Under the pieces are notes generated by a model. That model was not told where the DNA came from and made no database searches. It was given only the letters and a program-made list of their open reading frames with translations. DNA of 64,000 nt from Caecitellus pseudoparvulus (Eukaryota; Protista; Bigyra: Bicosoecida), in NCBI GenBank assembly GCA_965644315.1, contig CBFFRQ010000066.1:558001-622000 (forward strand), in the 5' to 3' direction. The position numbers and the translations under genes were made by a program. Numbering within the stretch: position 1 is the stretch's first letter; each line of letters opens with the position of its first letter. Of the stretch, positions 19,380 to 32,495 are shown in pieces.

Positions 19380-20806
19380 TCACAGCAACGCAGTAGGCTC
19401 CAACTGAGCCACGATGCTGCTTTCCCGGCCCGTGGCTGCGACGATGTCTTGCAGCCACCTGTAGTACAGCAGCTCGTTCGTGGTGAAGTTGGTGCCCTGC
19501 TGCAGCGCGTTGGCTGCAAAGGCCGTGGCGCCGACGTCAATGGCCGTTGCCCGCGCGTTGGCACCGTTGACAGTGATCTTGGCTTGTGCCGTGAGGGAGG
19601 CTCGCACTGTGCGCACAGTCTCGTTACCTTGGCCGTATGCCACGTTCTGCTGCGCCTCCAAGTCCAGGCGCCGGTTGGTGAACTCTGACCGCAGGACTTG
19701 CTGCCGCGAGACGGCCTTGTTCAAAATGCTCTCTTCCACATCCTCACTCAACACAATGCGGCGCAGCTGCAAGTCCACTGGCACCACGTGCAGGCGCAGC
19801 AGGGGGCCCCGGATGCCTTGCAGGAACGCCTCGCGGATATCGTCCCGCCGCTGGAAGTAGTCCGTGGTGGCGAAGTTCTGGGCAGTGGCAGCCAGGACGT
19901 CTCTGGCCTCGTCCACGATGCGAGATTGGAAGTTCAGCTCCAGGCTCTTGTACAGGGAGATGAGGTGTGGCAGGTCCAGTAGGTACTGGAAAGACACGTC
20001 GATGCGCAGGGTGCCGCCGCCGCTGCCTGACTCGCCCGTCACACGAATGGAGATGCCTGGCGCGTCAGCATCGGCGCTGTTCGAGAACTCCACGTTCTGG
20101 TAGTTGGTGGGGTACAGGAAGAAGGACCGGGCAAGCCCGACGTGATACCGGCCGGTAGTGTACAGTCTCTTTCTGCGGTGAGGAGGCAGGGTTGCGGGTG
20201 CTAGGCGGGCAGCACAGCACGGTCGTGGCACACTCACTCGTCTAGCTCCTTGTTGATGGTGTTGTAGCGGATGCTGCGCGGGGGGTGCGGCAGGGGCAGG
20301 CAGTATGCGACGCTGCTTCAAGGTCGCCGCGACGGTGCGAGTTGGCAGAGCACGCACCCGATTTCAAGGGGCCCCACCACGTCGAAGGAGCCACCAATGA
20401 GGCCTGCCGAGGTAGCCAGCAGCACCAACGTGCAGCAGCCGCCAATGGACCACTTGTTCACGAAATCATCGTCGTCATCGCAGCCGCCTCGTCCCATGGT
20501 TGCTGCGCAAGCCAATCAACCGCTCTGCGCCGGGTCCAGTTCTGCGAGCCCTGGAGGATGGGCAGGGGCAAGGGTGCACCCAAGCACCTACGAATCACCC
20601 CTTGTCGCAGGTTCCAAGCCTGCTTGGCGTGCACCAGTGAAGTGTGAGCCCTGCACCGTGGCGCGTGTGGCCTGGCGTTGCTGGCAAGGGCGGCAGTGGC
20701 GGCGAGGCAGAAGTGGTGCTACCAACAGGAGATGGTGAAGTAGAAGTTGACCTGGCGGCTGCAGTTCAATGGGTTGCAGGTCAGGGGTGGGAGGGGGGTA
20801 TTGCAT
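19380..20806 (-). CDS. SPFH/Band-7 (prohibitin-like) membrane protein
   Basis: TM helix followed by SFDVVGPLEIG, GRYHVGL..F..YP, IDVSFQY, YFQRRDDI, LQLRRIVL. Multi-exon; start uncertain. Confidence 0.75.
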
Positions 20807-21036
20807 GGTTTGAAGGGGGCTGCAGCTGTCGGTTGGGGGCTCAAAGCAAACACGGTCTGTAAGCGACACAGCAGCATCGGCTAGGCGGGAACAAACCTTT
20901 GACAACCCAGGAATTCCGCACCATTTTCTCCAGGCAGGGTTCCGTTTGAAGCTGCCCCTTCCTCCCTGCACTCAAAGGCTGCTTGGCTTGTTGCGCTTTC
21001 GAGGCGGAACTCACCTCGCCGTGCCTGTGCCGCACC

Positions 21037-22963
21037 ATGGCACACCAAGACGAGGCCACTCTGAGCGATGACGAGTGGGTGCCTCCCAGCCGAGGACTAG
21101 GGCCAGCACCCGGTGCAGGGCACTCTGTGCCGGACAGCATGCCTGTGCCAGCCAAAGAAGCGGCATTGGAGGCCATCAAGCAGTCGTTCGTGTTCAAGGC
21201 AGATGGTGGGCGGAGATTCGGCGCAGACGACGCGTATGAAGAGGAGGAGGATGACGAGGCTGCGTGGGATGGGCGGTACATTGACACAGACTCCTTGCGG
21301 GCTGGGCGTGGTGAGTGTTCCCGTGCTGTGCGGAAATCGAATGCGGACCAACGCAAGCAGCCGGCCGTGACCACGTGCAGACTTCAGCAAGCAGCTGTCC
21401 ACCGCGGCGCCCGCGGCATCAGGGGGTTCCACTGCCGTGTCGGCGAGCCAGGTGGCCCGCTTCCAGCCCAAGGAGCGGAACATGGACAAGTTCGCCAAGC
21501 GGGTGAACCTGGCCATGCTGGAAAAGGCAGCCGACCGAGGGCCCAAGCACACAGGTCGCGACGACCGGGCGACGACGGAGCAGGTGCTGGACCCCCGCAC
21601 CCGCATGATCCTGTTCAAGCTGCTGAACCAGGGCGTCATTGCCACCATCAACGGCTGCATCAGCACCGGCAAGGAAGCCAACGTGTACCACGCTGTGACG
21701 CCAGAGGGCGAGCACCGAGCTGTGAAGATTTACAAGACCTCCATCCTGGTGTTCAAGGACCGCCAGCGGTATGTGTCTGGGGAGTACCGCTGGCGCCAGG
21801 GGTACAACAAGAAGAACCCGCGCAAGATGGTGAAGCTGTGGGCTGAGAAGGAGATGCGGAATCTGAACCGGCTGCACTCAGCTGGCCTGCCCAGCCCCAA
21901 GCCGCACATCCTGCGCTCCCATGTCCTGGTCATGGACTTCTTCGGGGAGGACGGCTGGGCGGCGCCGCGTTTGAAGGACGCTGTGAAGGGTTTCTCGCAC
22001 AAGCGCCTGAGCTCTGCCTACCACCAGGTCGTCACGGGCATGCGGGTGATGTACAACACGTGCAAGCTGGTGCACGCAGACTTTTCAGAGTACAACTTGC
22101 TGTGGCACGACGGCACGATCATCTTCATCGACGTGTCCCAGTCAGTGGAGGCCGACCACCCCCGTGCCTCGGAGTTCCTCCGCATGGACTGCACCAACAT
22201 CACCGCCTTCTTCACGCGGAGCGGGCTGGCTGTGGCCACGCCGCGGGAGCTGCATGACTTCATCGTGCGGGACGACTTGACGACGCCGGAGGCTGTGGAG
22301 GCGCACTTGGAGGAGCTCTCAGCGGTGGCTGCAGAGCGAGGTGTGCTGAAGGGCTGGGACGGCGAGGGGGGGGGGCAGCTGGAGCATGACGTGTGGATGG
22401 CGGCGCACATCCCACAGTCCCTGCACGACGTGCGGGACGTGGAAGGGGACATCGCCAAGCTCTCTGCAGGGGGCGGAGCAGACCTGCTGTACAAGGACCT
22501 GCTGGCTCCCTCTGACTCCAGCGCACAGGCTGACGCCGCTGCCGCTGAGGCCTCAGCACCAGAAGTTGAGGGGACGGCACCCCCACAGCCACCCGCCGAG
22601 GCAGCACCAGCCCCTGCCCCCGCCGTGCCGGCTCTGCCAACAATCCCTGGGCTAGACCCTGCCCTGCTGGCTATGCTACCGGGCATGGGGGGCGGACTGG
22701 CCGCTGGCGGTGGTGGTGGCACACAGGCCGCTGCGGAAGGGGACGGTGACAGTGCCTCCGAGGGTGGCTCTGGTGACTCCGATCAGGGTGAGGAGGAAGA
22801 GGATGCGGGCCCCGCCTTCGTGGGCAAGCACGCCACCAAGGCGGAACGCAAGGCACACAAAGCCGCAGTGAAGGCGGCCCGGGCGGAGAAGCGAGCTGTG
22901 AAAATCAAAAAGTCTGTCAAGAAGCGCAAGGAACGCACCACGAGCGGCAAGAAGAAGCGGTGA
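21037..22963 (+). CDS. RIOK1: RIO1 atypical kinase
   Basis: RATTEQVLDPRTR, CISTGKEANVYH, LVHADFSEYN, IDVSQSVE and basic C-tail. Intron ~21311-21380. Confidence 0.95.
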
Positions 22964-23209
22964 GCAGTGAGGGGGTGGACCGTTTTGACTCCAAGCAGCC
23001 CTGTGCAACTCGCAGCTATGCACCAGGCAGTGTGGGAAAGTGGGGGCGCAGGCAGGCAACCAAATGCAGTGCATTCCCCGTACAAGTTGGCGTGCCCTCG
23101 AACATGCATTGTGCTGTCTTCGCTCGCCCGGCAACGACTTTGCCTGGCCCACAGCAGGCCGCGCAACGACCGACCCCTCAGGTGTGTGGTGTCCACCGCT
23201 TTCACCGAT

Positions 23210-26025
23210 TCAAGCACACAGCGGGGCCTTGACCCTGAGCATGGTGTTCTCCCAGGATCCTCGCTCGTCAAAGTTGCGTGTGGCATCCACCCATGTCAGC
23301 GTGTAGCTCGGGCTGCCAGCCAGGAGCGGCGGAGTAGGGGGCGGAATGGGCGCAACTGGTCCGCCGGGCAAGCGCTCTGGCTGCTGTGCCGGGCGACTGT
23401 GGTTGGCAGGTCGCAGTGGCACGCCACGGGCAGCATCCATGCAGCTGCCGCACCCATTCGTCAGAGCGTCGTCGAAGTGCATGAGGGAGATCTTGAGCTT
23501 GGTTCGTTTGGCTGCTGTCAAAGCCTGAGCCTCAGGCGGGGCCACCTGAAACATGAAGTCCCTGCGGAAACTCGCTGCAGCGAGGGCTGAAACGGACACT
23601 TCATGTCCTACGCTCACAAGCATGGTGTTGGGCGGCGTGCACTTGAGCGTTTCCGCGGTGCGCTGCCGCACAGCCTGCAGCAAGTTCTGCGGCTTCATCA
23701 ACGCGCGCTCGGCTCGGCAGGCCGTCGCCCAGCACTGCATGCGCCCCAGGAGCCAGCGACCACAGCCATAAGTGGGCTGGAAGTGGTCTTCGAATTCACT
23801 GGCCACAGCGTGGGTTGTCGTGCGGATAATGTCCACTGCACAAGGCCCGGCCAGTGCCTTGATTACCCACCGTGCCCGAGGGGGGGGACCCACGACCCCC
23901 TGCTTGGCATGGGTGGGCAGATCCTCATGGTGTGTTCCCAGGGCTGCATGAAGGGGCGAGGAGGTCTGTTTTGCCGCGGCAGCCAGGGTGGACCACAACG
24001 GTGCCGGCGTGTCAGTCGTCACGAGGTCGGACAGGTAGCACGTGCGGCTCATCAGGCGCCCAGACGGGTACCGTTCAATGTGGGTCGTCTCCACACCATA
24101 CACAGGCACGCCTTGCGTGGTGTGGTCCAGGGATATGGCCCGCCCTCGACGATAGGGCATGGTGGTGTGCAGCGTGCGCAGGAACAGCCCCTCGAAGGTG
24201 AAGGCGTCCATGCCCAAGTTTGCCGCGCTACTGTGCGCGACACTGCGGTGCAGGCGAGAGGAAGGGTGCACCCACAGCGCAGGAGTTGGCGAGCTTGCAC
24301 TGGCTGCGAGTCCATCTTTCGTGCCCAAGCGCAGGCAACTGCGCAGCATGAAGGGCGTCAGGCCCATCACCGTGTGCATGCGTTCGTTCGCACAGACGAC
24401 GGTGGCGCCAGGCAGGTCGTGCACAAAGAAGAACGTGATGCTGGGCTGGGACAGCCCGTTTAAGTAGCCACGGTGCATGTCTTGCAGGATGGTGGGGGGC
24501 ACTGCGTCCAAACCGCCTGCAGTGGTGGCCAGCCACGTCGCGAGCAGCGTCCGTTCGCAAGTGCTCGTTGCGCGGAACAGGGCAGGGAGGTGCGGGAAAC
24601 GAGACAGCAGCGTGGACAGGCGGACACCAGTGGCGTAGCGTGCCGCGTCTGCCATGGGCATGCCGTCGTCGGAGCCGGCGTCATCTTCATCCCACTCTGT
24701 GGGGGTGCTCGGCTGCGGCAGCGATTCCTCTGCCGGCACAGAGAGCACCTTGGGGTAGTTTGGCAGGGGGGCATCTGCAAGATCATCGGCCCAGAAGGCC
24801 AGGCACGCCCGGGCCAGGCCAGGCAAGGTGAGGTGCACGCCGTCAAACGCCAGCTCGCTGGTCACGTTTGGACTGGGCGCGGCGAGCGTTGACCCAGCCA
24901 GAGCCAGGCCGCTCTGCACGCCTGACAGCCATGCCTTGCTCAGGCTGCGCAGAGCAGGACTGGAGCTGGCGAGTAGGCGCAGAGGTAGGACGCCCATGGC
25001 GCTGCTCAGCGCCTCTGCCATGCCGTGCAGGGCGCTGTCGCCGCCGTGGGCTGGCGGTGCAGTGCCCAGCAGCGTTTGCAACTGGGCAGCCAGGCGCTGC
25101 ACACTCAGCCCATGCCGGGCAGCATTCACGGCAAAGAAACCCTTGTTAAACCGCCCCGTGAAGCCGTCAGGTGTGACTTGCACGCCCCCCGTCACTGCCG
25201 CTAGGACGGCTTGGAAAGTCTGGCTGAGGGCTTGCGGTTGCTGCTGCTCGACATCGTCAGCGTCCCCCCCGTCCCCCCCCTCGACACCCAGGGCATGCTG
25301 GGCGTACACTGGCGCCGTGATGTGAGGAACAATGTCTTTTGTTAAGCTGGTGTCGGGCGCATGTGGGCTGGCGGTGGAGTGGGGGGGTGTGGCGGCGCTA
25401 TCCGCACGCGGGTTCGCTTCACCTTCGCTGTGCCCAGAGCTCACACTGCTGTGCGAGGAAGCCACTGAGCCCGGGTCAGTGACACTGGCCAGGAGGGAGT
25501 GGAAGTCCGCCAGCATTTCCTCGGGGTCTCGGATGCCCTTGGGGCGCGTCAGGATCTCTGCCACGCGCGCGAGCGATGGCTGTGTGGCGGCCCAAGCCCT
25601 GCTTGCCTCTTCACCCATTGTCGGCGAGCCGCTTTGAAGCCCTTCCACTGCCTTGCGCTTGGGCGCGCGGGCGCCGGAAGAAGAGGGCTGCTCTACATGA
25701 GTGGATGTAGTCCCTGACGCTGGCAGGTCCAGGCACGGCTTGCCCAGCCGCTTGCAGCGGGCGCAAGGTCTCTGCGGATTTAGCAGAAACGCAAGCGCTC
25801 ATGGCAGCTTGAGTGGCGGCACTGCCTCGCACCACACACCTCGCCATCGCACTTGCGCTTGCTCTTGGAACACCTGGCACACGCAGTACCCCGCTGGACC
25901 CTGCCAGACCTTGGGCGCTTCGTTCCGCCCGAGCTTGCGCTCGCTGATGGTCTCCGACGCCGACCGCTTGTGGAGCTTGTCGGCGCAGCGGCGGCTTCAG
26001 GCAGCACGGGGCCTTTCCAGTCCAT
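23210..26025 (-). CDS. Zn(II)2Cys6 (GAL4-type) transcription factor, possible PAS-like region
   Basis: Splicing intron 25772-25839 gives CARCSKSKRKCDGERPCARCKRLGKPC (CX2CX6CX5CX2CX6C), in frame with the 812-aa ORF. Confidence 0.8.
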
Positions 26026-26442
26026 GATGGCAAGGTGCAAGGCGGAGGAGAGATAAACACAACGCTTCGACGCAGTGATTTTTGTTTGGAGTGTGCTTCG
26101 AGGGCCCGGTGGGCAAGATGCCGTGCGCATCAGACTCACAGCGGCCGATGTCACCAAGACGCAAACTGGGCAGCCCAGCCCTCCCGTGGAGGGGGCACAT
26201 GAGCTCAGCCACGCAAAACAAAGGAATGTAGCATGTCAAAATCACGGCTCCGTGCCTTGCTTCCACGCCAACACTGCGTGCCCGGCCGGCTACTTGAGCA
26301 CTCCTTGCCTTGGCTTCCCCGCGCCAGGCCTGCTCAGAGTGCACCCTGCCCAAACGCGCAGAAGTCTGTGAGATCAGGAAAGTCCCAGCTGTGCGTAGCG
26401 TGCAGCCGGGAGTGTGCGTCCCCAGTACACGGGTCACGGGGC

Positions 26443-29124
26443 ATGCAGGGCGGCGGTGCACGTCCGGTTTTGACGGCCGGCACCACCACAGCCAGCCATT
26501 TCGATCGGGCGAAAGCCGAGCGTGAAACCAAGGCAAAAAACGACCAGAAGGAGGCAGAAGATGCATATGCGTCATTTGTGGCATCGTTCGGCTCATCTGG
26601 TCAGCAAGAGGGGCCCAAGTTTGTGAAGGGTGGAGCACCAATTTCCGCAGGCACCCCGCCCAAGCCACGTCCCAGCCCCGTCCAGCAGTCGGGAGGGGGC
26701 ATCGCGGCTGCTTTTGGGGACGATGACAGTAGTGACAGTGCCGACGATGTGGAGCTTTCACGGGCTTCGTTCTCCCAGAAGCCGCTGAAACAAAGCCCCG
26801 CTGGCTCTGGGACGAGCAAAGCATCGAGTGCTGACGGGCCAGGCGACGGCAAGTCAGGCGCTCGCCGGGGCATGGAGCTGCTCATGGCAGACTTGAGAGC
26901 GGATGTTGCGGAGGCTGGCAGTGCCGGCCCCGTGTACGGCGGCGGCACCAGCACCAACATGTTCCTGGGCTTCCTCGCGCCGACACTGGATGAGAGGGGG
27001 TTGACTCGCCTCTTTGCACCGCACGGCCCGCTGCTGTCGGTGAAAGTCATGTGGCCCCGCAGCGACGAGGAGCGCAGCAAGGGCTACAACACCGGGTTCG
27101 TCGCGTTCGCCTTCCGGGAGGACGCCGAGGCGGCGCTGTTGGCTCTGGATGGGGCCGAGGTGCAAGGCATGCAGATGACGGTGGGGTGGGCCAGGCCGCT
27201 GGCCCCCGCCGCCATGCGTGCACTCATGGATGCCGCACGGGATGCTGGAGCTGACCTGCGCCCCCGCGCGGAGCGTCTGCGCACTGGCGGGCGCTCGGAC
27301 AGCGGGGAGGCTCCCCGTTCCACTGTGCCCCTTTCCGCACTGCCCACTGGCCAACCTGCTGCGCTGCCAGCCGGAGCGGAGGTGGTGCAGGTGATCGCAC
27401 CTGCTGACCCACTGCGTCGGCGCACCATTGATCGCCTGGCTTCCTTCGTGGCCCGGGAGGGCTTCGCGTTTGAACGGCGGGTGCTGGCGGAAGAGGGCTC
27501 CAAAGGGCAGCACTCTGCCTACGCGTTCTTGCAGCAGCCAGAATCCGACGAAGGCAGGTACTACCGCTGGCGTGTGTATGCATGCCTGGCAGGCGAAGGG
27601 TGGCAGACCTGGCGCACGCACGCGTTTCAAATGGTGCCCTCTGGGAAGTGGTGGCGGCCGCCCTCCTGTGACGCGACCGCCAGCGACGGCGGCGGCGACC
27701 TGCCAGCCTACCAGTCAGACGACGACGAGGCGGCATTTTTGTCACGCAGTCGGGGCCCCCAGCAAGCGCAAGCGTCGGTGGCCTCCAGCGGACGGCAGCG
27801 GGCGGGGCACACGCCATTGGAGGAAGCCGACGCGGCACTGTGGAAGACTGAGTTGCGGCGACTGGAGCCGACTCAGCGTGCCGTTGGCGGGGCCATGGTG
27901 TGGGCACTGCAACGTGCGAGCAGTGCCCACTTCATCGTACAGGAGCTACGACGCGTCGTCACGCTGGGGCTACCCCCAGTGGACACCGCCGCGTGGGATG
28001 CGACGGCGGCCCCAGCCTTGCCGCCGAGCGATGCGCCCGGCACGTCGCAGCGCTTGGCGTGCCTGTACACTATCAGCGACATCCTCCTGGCCTGCAACAC
28101 CACCACCACCGTGTCACACACAGGCCTGTTCGTGTCGGAAGTGCAGGGCGCCCTGCCCGCCATGTTTGCAGCCTGCGGGCACTTGTTGCAGGCCATGACT
28201 GCGCACTGTGGCCGCATCTCCGCACAGGGCATGAAGGAACGCCTCACCCGCATGCTGCGTGCATGGGGCAGCTCTGGCACGCTCACGCCGGTGTTTCTGA
28301 AGGGCCTGGAGGCTGCCATAGCCTGGCATCCGTCTGCAGAGCAAGCCGAAGTGTTGGCCAAGTACCGCTCGGATGCAGACGAGGCGTGTTCTGCCTTGGG
28401 CATTGACAGCAGCACCCTCACGGCACAGTGCCGCCGAGCAGGGTGTGTGGAAGAGGGCTCCATGGGGGACTGCTGTGCTCGCCTGTTTGCTGTGCAGTGC
28501 CATGCAGACGGCGGCGATGCTGCCAACCTGCTGCCGCGCGCCCTGCAGCGTGTGGTGGAGGAAGGGGTGGACGCACGCACGGCTGCGGAGGAGGCAGAGC
28601 AGGTGCAAGTTGCAGAAGCGCCCCCTGCCCCGCTGGCAGAAGGCGCCATCCCTGACGCCAGTGGGTGGAAGCCCAAACTGCGTTTCAACCGGGCGGCCCG
28701 AACACAGGTCACGCGGCAGCGCGCGGGGCAAGGCGCCGTGCCGGCAGAGGCGGAAGAGGAGGGTGATGAGGGGACGTTCATTTCCATTTCCCTGGGCGGC
28801 GGCTCGGCCACGCCTCCTTCCACCTCCATTGCCGTGCAGGAAGTGAACGACCCTGCACTGCGAGCAGCAGCCGAGGCAGCTGAAGCTGCTGCAGCCGCCG
28901 CCGCCGCAGCTGCAGCCGACACGGCATCAGAGTCGGACGAAGGCCCCTCAGCGCACGATGCAGCGGTGGATGGAGTGCCATTGACGGCGCAGGATGCCGC
29001 GTTTCTTGACGCGGCGGGTTGGCGGGCGTTGCCCAGCGTGCCGCCGCCGCCGTCCACTGCGCCCACTGTTCCGGGAGCTGGGAAGGTGTCACTGACCCTG
29101 CCACCGCCCCCACCGCCTGCCTAG
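26443..29124 (+). CDS. U2SURP: U2 snRNP-associated SURP protein (SR140)
   Basis: YASFVASF, RRM (SVKVMWPRSDEER..GFVAF), SURP (IDRLASFVAREGFAFE..YYRWR) and CID (LYTISDIL). Confidence 0.88.
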   Translation: MQGGGARPVLTAGTTTASHFDRAKAERETKAKNDQKEAEDAYASFVASFGSSGQQEGPKFVKGGAPISAGTPPKPRPSPVQQSGGGIAAAFGDDDSSDSADDVELSRASFSQKPLKQSPAGSGTSKASSADGPGDGKSGARRGMELLMADLRADVAEAGSAGPVYGGGTSTNMFLGFLAPTLDERGLTRLFAPHGPLLSVKVMWPRSDEERSKGYNTGFVAFAFREDAEAALLALDGAEVQGMQMTVGWARPLAPAAMRALMDAARDAGADLRPRAERLRTGGRSDSGEAPRSTVPLSALPTGQPAALPAGAEVVQVIAPADPLRRRTIDRLASFVAREGFAFERRVLAEEGSKGQHSAYAFLQQPESDEGRYYRWRVYACLAGEGWQTWRTHAFQMVPSGKWWRPPSCDATASDGGGDLPAYQSDDDEAAFLSRSRGPQQAQASVASSGRQRAGHTPLEEADAALWKTELRRLEPTQRAVGGAMVWALQRASSAHFIVQELRRVVTLGLPPVDTAAWDATAAPALPPSDAPGTSQRLACLYTISDILLACNTTTTVSHTGLFVSEVQGALPAMFAACGHLLQAMTAHCGRISAQGMKERLTRMLRAWGSSGTLTPVFLKGLEAAIAWHPSAEQAEVLAKYRSDADEACSALGIDSSTLTAQCRRAGCVEEGSMGDCCARLFAVQCHADGGDAANLLPRALQRVVEEGVDARTAAEEAEQVQVAEAPPAPLAEGAIPDASGWKPKLRFNRAARTQVTRQRAGQGAVPAEAEEEGDEGTFISISLGGGSATPPSTSIAVQEVNDPALRAAAEAAEAAAAAAAAAAADTASESDEGPSAHDAAVDGVPLTAQDAAFLDAAGWRALPSVPPPPSTAPTVPGAGKVSLTLPPPPPPA

Positions 29125-30416
29125 CGTGAACCAGTGGATTCCTGGGCCTTGAACATGACGCCCGTGGGGTCTACGGTCGTGGCAAAGTCTGCCCCGAACG
29201 CCGCAGCAGGCGTGAGGAAACCTTTGCGGGGCCGAGCGCCGGCACCAACCATGCGCCGGGGAAGCCGGAACACGACGTACTCGCAAGCCAGAACAGCCGC
29301 CTTGGCAGTGAAGGCATACCCTGGGGATATGTGCAGACGGCGCTGCACACGCTTGCCGCTGCCAGCGTCAGTGGCACATCCCCACACCAAAGTGCGGCCG
29401 GCGGCCAGTTGTGTCGCTGAGGGGCCCCCCTCCGGCACCATGAGGGGGGTTAGCATGGCCTCCAGCGGCAGGGCCGAGCAGCAACAGGCTGCCTGGGGCG
29501 AGGTGAGCAGCCAGGCGATGCTGGCGGCGGGCTGGGGCAGGTGCAAGAACACCTCGATGTTCTTGATGCCGGTCGTGTGGAAGGCTGTGACTGCATCTCC
29601 CCACCGCGTGACCACCACAGGCTTGGGCAGGTGTCGCAGGCGTGGAGAGGCCTCGCCCTGGCTGCCCAAGTCCTCATCCACGCCGGCGTCTGCGTGTCCG
29701 AAGTCCACCTCCTGGCTGTGTGCGGCAATGGGCAGTGTGTGCAGCTCGCCTTCCCGCCGCACGACTGCACCCTGTCCTGCCGCCAAGGCCTTCACCATGG
29801 TGGTGGCGGTGCCTTTGGAGGGCCCTCCCGCGCCCACACTCGTGAAGGCCAGCTGCAGGTGGGTGGCAGAGGGCAGGTCTGCCTTGAGGGCGGCTGCGAC
29901 GCAGTCTGTCGCGACGATGTCGAAGCCGACGCCAGGCATGAGGATGGTGCCGGACGCCTTGGCAGTGGCGGACATGTCTGCTGCGGCCTGGAACACCTCG
30001 ATTTCGCCGGTCACATCCAGGTAGTGCACGCCAGTCTTGCAGCAGGCGTGGGCGAAGTGGTCAAACGTCTCCACAAAGGGACCAGCGCAATTCAGCACCA
30101 CTCCAACTCCAGCCGCGGCATCTGACTGCAGCGCAGCCTCAGCTTCAGACGAAGCGAACACGAGGCTGGGGACGCCATACGAGGCTGCCAGCTCCTCCAC
30201 TTTGTTCTTGTTCCGCTGTGCATTTGAGGAGGGGGTGCGTGGCGCTGCGTGAGGCATGTGAACAGGAGGGACGTGGCCGGCTCAATTTCCGCTCACCCCG
30301 CCGACGATGAAGTCCAGCTCCTTCCGGGCGGCCTCCTCACAGCACAGCGCCCCAGTGTACCCATAGGCGCCATAAATAAGGATGGTGGTCTTCTCAGTGC
30401 TGCTCTTGGCAGCCAT
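29121..30416 (-). CDS. Saccharopine dehydrogenase-like oxidoreductase
   Basis: IYGAYGYTG Rossmann motif, VLNCAGPF, HYLDVTGE, GVGFD, GFLTPA. One intron ~30217-30297. Confidence 0.85.
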
Positions 30417-30577
30417 AGCAGCAATGCAGAAGGGTGGGCGGTGGAAGTCTGGCGTTGACCATTCACCGAGGCTGGTCGTACTGGTTGGGGTGTGGTTCGC
30501 AACGTACAAGATAAATTACCACAGCTCCCCTGCCGCAGGTGTACTTCCATACCCCCCCCCCCCTCCCACAAAGTGTC

Positions 30578-32244
30578 TCACTCGGGGTAGTACGACTGCA
30601 CGAGGGTCAGAGCCCCCGTAATCCACACCGTCATGCCCACCGCTCCCGCCACTGTGGACAAGAACACCACCGTGCTGGCTTCCCGTTGGGCGTACCGCTC
30701 CATGTCCGCAAGGATGATGATGTTCAGGGCAGAGGGGCAGGCGAACTCGATGATGAACAGGAAGGGCAGGACGGGGGATGTGGAGCCTGGGCCCAGCACG
30801 CCCGCCTCCAGCAGCCCAGCGACAAACCCGAAGCCCACAGCGGGCATGAGGAGCAACTTCACAGCCAGGGAGGTGAGGAGAACAGGCGTGGATATTCTGC
30901 TGGACAGGCCAGGCGGGCTGTGTGGGGAGGCCTCCACCACACTGCCGGCATCCTCGATGGAGCCGCTGACGCTGCCAGACCCTGACGCCGCACAGGGGAT
31001 GTCCACGTGCAAGTCAGGGTGGTGCACTGAGGCAGCTGACTGCGAGCGGGGGCTGCTGCCCGCAGCACTCTCAATATCCCCCCCCTCGGCGCTCTCAGTG
31101 GCTTCCCCCTGAGCAGCCGTGTCAGGCGTGGGGCCAGCCCCAGCTTTGTGCGCGCTCGCCCCGCAAGGCGAATCTCCCGGAGCACTGTCTTCGCACAGCA
31201 AGTCTGGCGTCTTGCGTTGAAGGGTCTCGACGTCCTCCTCTGCCCCTTTGCCACGCTCAGGCTCATCTTCGCGGGAACTGCGCCGCTCAAACACCATGTC
31301 GTGCATGGTGGCGCCCAGCTGCAGCAGGACGATGGGCACGACAGTCGTGCCGAGGGACTTGATGGCTGCCGTCACTGTGGGCTCCAGTGGCGCCAGATCC
31401 TCGCCCTCTTCCGAGTGTAGGAGGGCCTTCACGGGGGGGATGAGGCCCAGCACGATGCCGGCGAGGCACCCCGCGATGGGGGGCGTGATGGCGCTACGCA
31501 GCCCCGAAGCGAAACGCTGCCATGTCGAAACAGGTTCGTCAGATGCCGCTTGTGTTGGTTCGCTCTGCAGGGCCACTGCAGGGCTGGCGCCAGGCGTGCT
31601 GGCCAGGTACCGCTGCTTGTCCAGGCGCATGAACCAGTGGATGAGGGTCCAGCTTGACAGGTTCACCACCATGAGGTAGATGCTGATGACAGACACTGCG
31701 AGGGTGATATCTGCCTCCGTGTCCCTGGCCTCACCGAACGGCTTCAGAGACAGCACAGAGGGCACAATGGACAGGGGCAGGTAGCCTTGGTTTGACACGG
31801 CTGCGCTGGCTGCCATCATCCACCGCCCAAACATGGGGGTTGCCACGGCTGGAGCGCACCAAACCAGTAATTCGTGTGCCCAGTACCCCATGCAAGCTCC
31901 TAGCAGCGTGCCTCCCACCGCAAACCCGAGCACGCCTGCGCGAGCGGCACGCCAGGATGTTTGTGGTTGCGGAATGCGGAAATACTTCCCTGTGCGCCGA
32001 GGCAGCGTGGCGCAGAGGCTTCACACTCACTGGCAAGCGTGGTCAGCGCATCTGCACTCATGGCTTTGGACACTGAAACAAAGAGCAGGCAGGGGAGCAG
32101 CACCTGAAACACCAGCTTGCTCAGGCCACTCAGGTGCTTGTCGAACAAGCGGGCCAACTTCTGCAGCACGAAGCCGGCCAGCACGACCAGGAGGAAGTTC
32201 GAGGTGCCCTGCACAGCTGCTGAAATAGTGAGGCCTAGCGACAT
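30578..32244 (-). CDS. PIN-LIKES / AEC (Mem_trans) transporter, copy 1
   Basis: LSKLVFQVLLPCLLF, NQGYLPL, TPP..G, VPIVLLQLGA, KLLLMP, PSALN. One intron. Confidence 0.85.
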
Positions 32245-32495
32245 GCTGAACTTGGTGGCTGCTGCTGGCTTTCGTCGCTCTGAGGTAGGCGCTTGGCCAC
32301 GTGCGGATTTCTCCGCTCAGCACAGAATACTGCGGTGAAAGGTCGGTGATGCGGGGCTTCCGTTTGCGCAAGGCCAAGGCTGCCAGGTTCAAACTGCAAC
32401 TTGTGCAAGCTCGCAGGGATTCAGGGCCGTGTATAGCTTCATGCTTGGGGGATTGAATTTGTCGTTTGGGAGACTTTGACAGACGGGTGCCACCA

